From an uncultured Armatimonadetes bacterium (GTDB taxonomy: Bacteria; Armatimonadota; Hebobacteria; Hebobacterales; Hebobacteraceae), in the NCBI GenBank assembly GCA_963716175.1, contig OY970296.1, forward strand, positions 1,344,001 to 1,408,000: 64,000 nt of DNA. The letters are read 5' to 3'. The translations under genes and the position numbers were made by a program. The notes under the pieces were generated by a model. The model did no database searches. It worked only from the letters and a program-made list of their open reading frames with translations, and had not been told where the DNA came from. This document shows positions 58,080 through 64,000 of the stretch, piece after piece. Within the stretch, counting starts at the first letter, position 1, and the number at the start of each line of letters is the position of its first letter.

Positions 58080-58269
58080 CACAGAAGGACCCCTATGGGC
58101 CGATTGACATCATCCGTCGTCGCGCCCGGGGCAGCGGTCGAGCTAGCCATTCTCACCCCACCCTCGTGCCGGGCCGCGGGGTGTGACCGTTTTCCCTGGA
58201 TCGGCCGACTACAGCGGGGCATGCCCCCTTTCTTCTGGCTGTTAGGGGCGGCTGCCGCGCGCTGCCTTG

Positions 58270-58803
58270 CTGTCATCCTGAGCGACTCGTCCTGCGAAGC
58301 CTTGGCGAAGCAGGAAGCGAAGGATCTGTTCAAGTCGCCAGAGGCGACTGAAGAGGCAAGCGTCCGCTTGCCCGCCTCCGGAGGGCTGCTGCGGACGCTC
58401 GTCAACCGGAACGGATTCTTCGCCCGCCTCCGGCGGGCTCTGAATGACAACACGGGGAAAGCCAGAAACCTGGGGTCACAGCCGTACCGCGCCGCATCAC
58501 GCCGTCAGCAGGACCGGAACGGCGGGATTTTTCCCCTTCCTGCTTCGCCAAGGCTTCGCAGGACAGGTCGCTGCGCTCAGGGTCGGAATGACAGCAGCGG
58601 CCGTCGCAGTCCTTGCGGCCACACCCGCGGCCAAGACCACCGCCTTAAGGTGATCTGGTCAGGGATTGGACGCAGGGGGCCTTGTAGGGCGGCCATGCCG
58701 ACGCCTGCTTGCAGGCAGAGGCATAGCCGCCGTTGGTCGGGTTGCCGGATGCGGCGGCGATGCGCCTGCTCCACTTGGTTCCGCAGTCGCATGGCCGCCC
58801 TAC
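58270..58803. repeat. Dense field of nested palindromic repeats
   Basis: tgtcatcctgagcga..gaaggatct / gattcttcg..gaatgaca scaffolds with cctgcgaagccttggcgaagcagg inserts; GTAG..CTAC doublet at 58684-58803. Confidence 0.75.
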
Positions 58804-58874
58804 AGCCCGATGCAGCCAAAGTGTCCCAGGTTGTCCTCCGAATAATGGTGCTCCTACACCCGCGGCGACTGCGG

Positions 58875-58903
58875 TTGACACTCCCTCGCTCTTGCTCTAT
58901 CCT
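58875..58903 (+). promoter_or_regulatory. Promoter of the ABC exporter
   Basis: TTGACA-17-TATCCT. Confidence 0.55.
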
Positions 58904-58938
58904 CCCTCTACCTCTCGGCACCACCCGGACCGGCGCGC

Positions 58939-60759
58939 ATGGACCTGCTGAAACTCCTGCTCCGGCTGCTGCGGCCTCAGCGACGGCGGATCGGCCTGCT
59001 GCTGGCGGTGATCTTGGCCGCGAGCCTGATCGAGGTGGTGCTCTGGCCCCTGGTGTTCGGGGCCTTCATCAAGATCCTCCAGCTCGCCAAGGGCGATTTC
59101 CCGGTCAAGTATGGGTTTCTCAGGGCGATGGTGGAGCAGGCCAACCGTCTTCTGCCCCATACCGATGAAGAGCGGCGAACCGCCCTGCTCTGGATTGCTG
59201 CCGCCACCGTCCTCACCGCTCTTCTCCGCGCGGTGTTCACCTATGCCCGCGATTACCTGGGGCAGTATGTGGGCGGGCGGGCCCTGATTGACCTGCGCCT
59301 GCAGCTCTTCACCCGCCTGCAGCATCTCTCCCTGGCCTTCCACGAGTCCCAGCGAGTGGGCGATCTCATGTCCCGGCTGACCACGGATGTCGCTTTGGTG
59401 CAGCAGTTGGCGACCGCGGACATGACCAACTACCTGGCGGCGCCGCCCGTGGTGGTGTTGGGAATGGTGGGCATGTTCCTGCTGAACTGGCGGTTGAGCC
59501 TGTTCGTGGTGGTGTTCGCCCCCCTGACCGCCTACGTCGTGTCCCGCAGCGCCCGCCGGATTGGCCGGCTGACCCGCCGCCAGCAAGAGCGGATCGGGGA
59601 CCTGAACGCGCGGCTGCACGAGCGCCTCGCCTCCATCCGCATCATCCAGTCCTTCGTGCGGGAGAGCTATGAGGTCGAGCAGTTCCGCCGCCTGAACGAG
59701 AGCACGTTCGAGGCGCTGATGCGGGTGGCCAGGCTGGGCGCGCTGGCGCCCCAGTCGGTGCAGTTCCTCTCCACCGCGGCGCTGGTGATCGCAGCCACTT
59801 ACGCCGGCTTCCTGGTGATCGGCAAGCAGCTCGACCTGGCGGTGCTGGCGGTGTACTTCGTGCTGACCCAGCGCGTGGGGATCTACTTCGTCAAGTTCGG
59901 CTCCCTGCAGTTGCGGGTGAACCAGTCGCTGGCGGCGCTGCAGCGGATCGGGGAGGTGCTGTCGCAAGAGCCGGAGGTGCGGGAGCGACCGGATGCTCCT
60001 CCCCTGCCGCCGGTCCAGGGGAGGGTGGCCTTCCGCGGGGTCACTTTCCACTACGCGGGCGGGGAGACGGTGCTGAAGGAGGTTGATCTGGAGGTGGCGC
60101 CGGGGGAGGTGGTGGCCCTGGTGGGTCCCTCGGGCGCGGGCAAGACCAGCCTGGCCAACCTGATCATGCGCTTCTACGACCCGGCGGAGGGGCGGGTGGA
60201 GGTGGACGGCCACGACGTGCGGGAGGTGACGCTGCATTCGCTGAGGTCGCAGATCGGGCTGGTGCCCCAGGAGACCATTCTTTTCGGCGGCAGCCTGAGG
60301 GAGAACATCCTCTACGGGCGCGTCGATGCCAGCGAGCAAGAGGTGATGGCCGCGGCGGAGACGGCCAATGCCCACGGCTTCATCACCGCTCTGCCCCAGG
60401 GCTATGACACCGAGGTCGGCGAACGCGGCGTGAAGCTCTCTGGTGGCCAGCGCCAGCGCATCGCCATCGCCCGGGCGGTGCTGAAGGACCCGCGCATCCT
60501 GATCCTGGACGAGGCCACCAGCTCGCTTGATGCGGAGTCGGAGGCCCTGGTGCAGGAGGCGCTGGAGCGGCTGATGCGGGGCCGCACCACCCTGGTGATC
60601 GCGCACCGACTCTCCACCATTCGCCGAGCGGACCGCATACTGGTGCTGTCGGAGGGGCGGATCGTGGAGGTGGGCACACACGAGGAGCTGATGGCACGCG
60701 ATGGCCGTTACGCTCGCCTCTACCGATCCTCCGAGCTGCCCGGGATCACCCCGGCCTGA
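58939..60759 (+). CDS. MsbA-like ABC exporter (TMD + NBD)
   Basis: GPSGAGKT, LSGGQRQR, LDEATS, IAHRLST. Confidence 0.92.
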   Translation: MDLLKLLLRLLRPQRRRIGLLLAVILAASLIEVVLWPLVFGAFIKILQLAKGDFPVKYGFLRAMVEQANRLLPHTDEERRTALLWIAAATVLTALLRAVFTYARDYLGQYVGGRALIDLRLQLFTRLQHLSLAFHESQRVGDLMSRLTTDVALVQQLATADMTNYLAAPPVVVLGMVGMFLLNWRLSLFVVVFAPLTAYVVSRSARRIGRLTRRQQERIGDLNARLHERLASIRIIQSFVRESYEVEQFRRLNESTFEALMRVARLGALAPQSVQFLSTAALVIAATYAGFLVIGKQLDLAVLAVYFVLTQRVGIYFVKFGSLQLRVNQSLAALQRIGEVLSQEPEVRERPDAPPLPPVQGRVAFRGVTFHYAGGETVLKEVDLEVAPGEVVALVGPSGAGKTSLANLIMRFYDPAEGRVEVDGHDVREVTLHSLRSQIGLVPQETILFGGSLRENILYGRVDASEQEVMAAAETANAHGFITALPQGYDTEVGERGVKLSGGQRQRIAIARAVLKDPRILILDEATSSLDAESEALVQEALERLMRGRTTLVIAHRLSTIRRADRILVLSEGRIVEVGTHEELMARDGRYARLYRSSELPGITPA

Positions 60760-60775
60760 GTCTGGAGCGGTCCGC

Positions 60776-61759
60776 ATGAGGGAGAGCCGGCAGGAGTTCG
60801 GTGAGCAGCCAGACGTATCTGTGATCATCATCAACTGGAACACCCGCGACTATCTGGCGCGCTGCCTGGACTCGCTGGCGCAGGGCGGCCTGGAGGGGGT
60901 GAGCGCGGAGGTCTGGGTGGTGGACAACGCCTCCAGCGACGGCAGCGCGGAGCTGGTGGGGGCGCGCTATCCCTGGGCCAGGCTGCAGGCGAATGAGCGC
61001 AATCTCGGTTTCGCCGCGGCCAACAACGCGGTGATGAGGCAGGCCGCGGGCCGGCTGTTCCTTCTCCTCAATGCGGATATGGTAGTGCCGGCGGGCGTGA
61101 TCCGGGAGCTGTCATCCCGGATGCAGGCGCGGCCGGAGGTGGGGATCGCGGCCTGCCGGCAGGTGGATGGGGGCGGGGGCGAGCTCGAATCCTACATGTT
61201 CGAATACATGGGGGGCCGGGTGCCGGGGGCGGTCCCGGTGCCTGCTCGACCCGCGGGCGAGGCGCGGGAAGTGGAAGTGGCCTGGGTGTGGGGATCGGGG
61301 ATAATGGTGCGCCGGGAAGTATTCGAGCAGACCGGCGGGTTCGACGAGAGCTTCTTCCTGTATTACGAGGACCTGGACTGGTGCTGGCGGGTCAGGCGGG
61401 CGGGATGGAAGGTCCTGTGCTATCCCGACCTTCAAGTCACGCACTTCGTGCGGCGGAGCACCTCCCGGGTCTCTCCCCGGGTCACTGCCGGCCGGCTAGT
61501 GGCAGGGGAACTGGCGCTGATGGAGCGCCACCTGCCGCGGCGGCGGCTGCGTCGCTTTCTGCTGGGGCGGTTTCTCTACTCTCTGCGCGGGGTCGCCTTC
61601 TACCGGGTGATGCTGGCGCTGGCGCCGTGCGAGCGCTATCTGACGAAGTACCACCGGTACCTGGCGAATGTCGTCTACATCGGCTCCCGGCATCGGCTGG
61701 TGCGGGAGCTGGCGCGGAGGTGGGCGTTGGTGGTGGGGAGAAGCAGCGCAGCCGGTTGA
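60776..61759 (+). CDS. GT2 glycosyltransferase
   Basis: IIINWN, VVDNASSDGS, NLGFAAANN, LLNAD, FFLYYEDLDWC. Confidence 0.9.
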   Translation: MRESRQEFGEQPDVSVIIINWNTRDYLARCLDSLAQGGLEGVSAEVWVVDNASSDGSAELVGARYPWARLQANERNLGFAAANNAVMRQAAGRLFLLLNADMVVPAGVIRELSSRMQARPEVGIAACRQVDGGGGELESYMFEYMGGRVPGAVPVPARPAGEAREVEVAWVWGSGIMVRREVFEQTGGFDESFFLYYEDLDWCWRVRRAGWKVLCYPDLQVTHFVRRSTSRVSPRVTAGRLVAGELALMERHLPRRRLRRFLLGRFLYSLRGVAFYRVMLALAPCERYLTKYHRYLANVVYIGSRHRLVRELARRWALVVGRSSAAG

Positions 61760-61810
61760 GCAAAGGCGGCGGCGATGCTTGTCCGCCTGCGGCGGACAAG
61801 CATCGCCGCC

Positions 61811-64000
61811 CTACGGGCGGCGCGCCGTGCGCCGCTCTTTCACCTGGGACATAAAGGAGGCGATCTTGGCGTCCCGGCTGGCGTCCACGAATCCATCGTA
61901 ATCGAGGTTCAGGAAGGGGATGTTGTCGTGGTCCCGGCGGAAGGCCTGGGAGAGCATGGTCACGGTCATGCCGGGCATGCAGTTGAAGGGCGCGACGCTG
62001 ACGATGCCGTCGAGCTGGCGCTTGGCGAAGTCGGCCGCCTTGCCCATCGAGCAGATCGCCTCTCCCCCGAAGGACGGGTGCACGTAGCGCGACCCCTCCG
62101 CCACCAGCTCGGCAGGGCCGATGTCGTCGAAGTCCCGCAGGAAAGGCAGGGTGGCCGAGAACAGGTGGTGCTCGTCTCTCACCGCCACCCCGGTGAGCAG
62201 CGCGCCGTTGAGCGCGGCGAGCAGGTCCTGGCGCGCGCGGGTATCCTGCCAGCGGTCGGAGGCGAGCAGGGCGCTGATGCGGTTGCAGTAGCCGAAGAAC
62301 TCCGTGGGCGGCGCCAACCACACCTCCGCGCCCGCCCGCTCCAGCTTGCGGATGATGTTCTGGTTCGAGCCGTCGTGGATGCGCACGAAGAACTCACCCA
62401 CCAGCCCGATCACGGGCCGGCGCTCTCCTCCATTCCGGCCGGCAAGGGCGGCGAACTCGCGCTGGGCGCGGCGCAGCAGATGCTCCAGCGCCTCGGTGTG
62501 CTGGCCGACTAGCAGTCGCCAGCGGCCGCGCGGCGAGGCGATGAGCTGGCGCTGAGCCGCCATCAGGTCGCATACCTGACGCAGATAGCGGGCGAAGATG
62601 CGGTCGCTCTGCCCGGGCCTGCCCTGAGCGGAGCCGAAGGGGTAGGCCTCATAGGGGCGGGTGTGCAGGCGCATCTTGTCGAGCATGTCGTGGGCGAGGA
62701 GGCCGCCCCAGGCCGCGAGCAGGAAGCTGATACCCAGGCCGCCGTGGGCGCTGCGGTTGCCCAGGGCGACCATCGCCACCTCACCCAGGCCCAGCTTGTC
62801 CAGGATGCGCCGCTGCATCATGCAGTACATGCCGAAACGGCATGGGCCCTCCGACTGGCCCTGGAAGAAGGCCTCCCGGCTGGGATCGAAGTCGGGCGCC
62901 TGCGCTCGCGCGAGCAGGTCCTGGGTGGTGATGAGCATGGGCAGGCAGACATCCTCGGAGATGGCGCGGCGGGCGAGGTTGAGCCCAGGGTCCTGGGAGC
63001 GGGGCAGCGGGGCCGCGTTCACGCCCCAGGCGCGCAGGGCCGCGGCGAGCACATCGGCCGCCCCGGAGGCCGTGGGAATCCAGAGGCGCCTATCACCGAG
63101 CGCCAGCAGGGGCGTGTCGCCGGTGGTGAACGCCGCCCTGGGCCCGGCGCCGTCGCCGCTGGCGGCGGTATCGGCGAAGGCCTCCATGCGGGTGATCACC
63201 CCGGCGTCCGCGGTGTGCTCATCAATCTGCATCACATAGCACGGCTCCCCGATCTCGTCTTTGAAGAAGGGGTTGGCGAAGGAGTCGGGCCCACAGGCGA
63301 AGTAGGTGAGCACTACCGCGCGCAGGCGCGAGTCGCGGGAGATGAGGCGGGCGGCGACCAGCTTCTTCTGGATTTGCCGCGAGTAGGCGTTGGCCCAGGC
63401 ATCGGAGACGTCCTCGCGGTCGAGCGGCAGGAAGTCGAACGGTATCGCCAGGATGCCCAGGTCCTGGATCTTCTTGCCGATGTCCATGTTCACGGCAGGA
63501 TCGTAGGTGGTGTAGGGGCGGCCCACCACCACGAAGGCGTGCTGGCCCGGGCGCAGGCTCTCCATCACCTCCTGTCCTCTCGCCTCCACCTGGCGGCGGA
63601 AGGTGCGGAGGGCTTCCAGGCCCGCGTCAATCGCCCGCTCTATCTGGGCAGGCCGCTTGCCGAGCTGGCGGCCGATCTCCCGAAAGACGCGGCGCAGGTG
63701 GCGCTCGCCCCGCTTGAAGAAGAGCCGGGGCCGCAGCAGCACCACCGGCTTCCGTGTCCCCCCTAGCTTCAGCGAAGGGGGATCCTCCAACCGCAGGGCG
63801 GCCGCGATCACCTCGGGCGCGGACATGACATAGGGGCAGGTATGGCTCTGGCGGAAGTGCGCATTGGGCTGCTCGGCATCGCAGACGCCGGGCAGGAAGA
63901 GATAATCAACCCCTCGCTCCACCAGTTGGGCGACGTGGCCGTGTGCCACCTTGAGTGGGTAGCAGGGCTCGCCCGCCACCGAGTTGATGCCCTTGGTGAT
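61811..64000 (-). CDS. 2-hydroxyacyl-CoA dehydratase activator-type fusion protein (DUF2229), C-terminal part; truncated by the window end
   Basis: PCYPLKVAHGH, FACGPDS, IDEHTADAG..TRMEAF, GPCRFG.Y, PFNCMPG. Confidence 0.85.
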   Translation of the reverse strand: MTKGINSVAGEPCYPLKVAHGHVAQLVERGVDYLFLPGVCDAEQPNAHFRQSHTCPYVMSAPEVIAAALRLEDPPSLKLGGTRKPVVLLRPRLFFKRGERHLRRVFREIGRQLGKRPAQIERAIDAGLEALRTFRRQVEARGQEVMESLRPGQHAFVVVGRPYTTYDPAVNMDIGKKIQDLGILAIPFDFLPLDREDVSDAWANAYSRQIQKKLVAARLISRDSRLRAVVLTYFACGPDSFANPFFKDEIGEPCYVMQIDEHTADAGVITRMEAFADTAASGDGAGPRAAFTTGDTPLLALGDRRLWIPTASGAADVLAAALRAWGVNAAPLPRSQDPGLNLARRAISEDVCLPMLITTQDLLARAQAPDFDPSREAFFQGQSEGPCRFGMYCMMQRRILDKLGLGEVAMVALGNRSAHGGLGISFLLAAWGGLLAHDMLDKMRLHTRPYEAYPFGSAQGRPGQSDRIFARYLRQVCDLMAAQRQLIASPRGRWRLLVGQHTEALEHLLRRAQREFAALAGRNGGERRPVIGLVGEFFVRIHDGSNQNIIRKLERAGAEVWLAPPTEFFGYCNRISALLASDRWQDTRARQDLLAALNGALLTGVAVRDEHHLFSATLPFLRDFDDIGPAELVAEGSRYVHPSFGGEAICSMGKAADFAKRQLDGIVSVAPFNCMPGMTVTMLSQAFRRDHDNIPFLNLDYDGFVDASRDAKIASFMSQVKERRTARRP

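Noticed and set aside
58095-59168. 357-aa ORF
   Set aside because: Reads through palindromic repeat DNA and overlaps the ABC gene out of frame

Overview
High-GC bacterial chromosomal window. SLH-anchored proteins together with an MsbA-like exporter and GmhA are compatible with an Armatimonadota-like diderm (inference only). The backbone carries two TolB-propeller/SLH paralogues, rpmH-rnpA-yidD-yidC-jag-rsmG (no dnaA, mnmE or mnmG), xylB, a gmhA-thiE-thiC-thiL operon, prsA-mazG-ppdK, sugar-active enzymes, a CCA-type nucleotidyltransferase, an MrfAB/YprAB-like helicase-exonuclease operon, an ABC exporter, a GT2 and a truncated CoA-activase gene. Accessory features: (1) a REP-associated tyrosine transposase (RAYT) whose normal N-terminal segment is encoded at its C-terminus, an apparent circular permutation with a REP-encoded linker and GAAAG at both ends; (2) a 2,782-bp IS1-family element with 19-bp IRs and an 8-bp TSD carrying a proteasome-beta/Ntn-hydrolase-like cargo gene; (3) a 4.7-kb integrase-less islet at tRNA-Lys(CTT) with a PLD nuclease and two MTases; (4) an FGE/C-lectin gene whose 3' end resembles a DGR variable region; (5) several families of short palindromes that nest inside each other and insert in frame into a gene. 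Several small frameshifts suggest assembly indels, so pseudogene calls are provisional.
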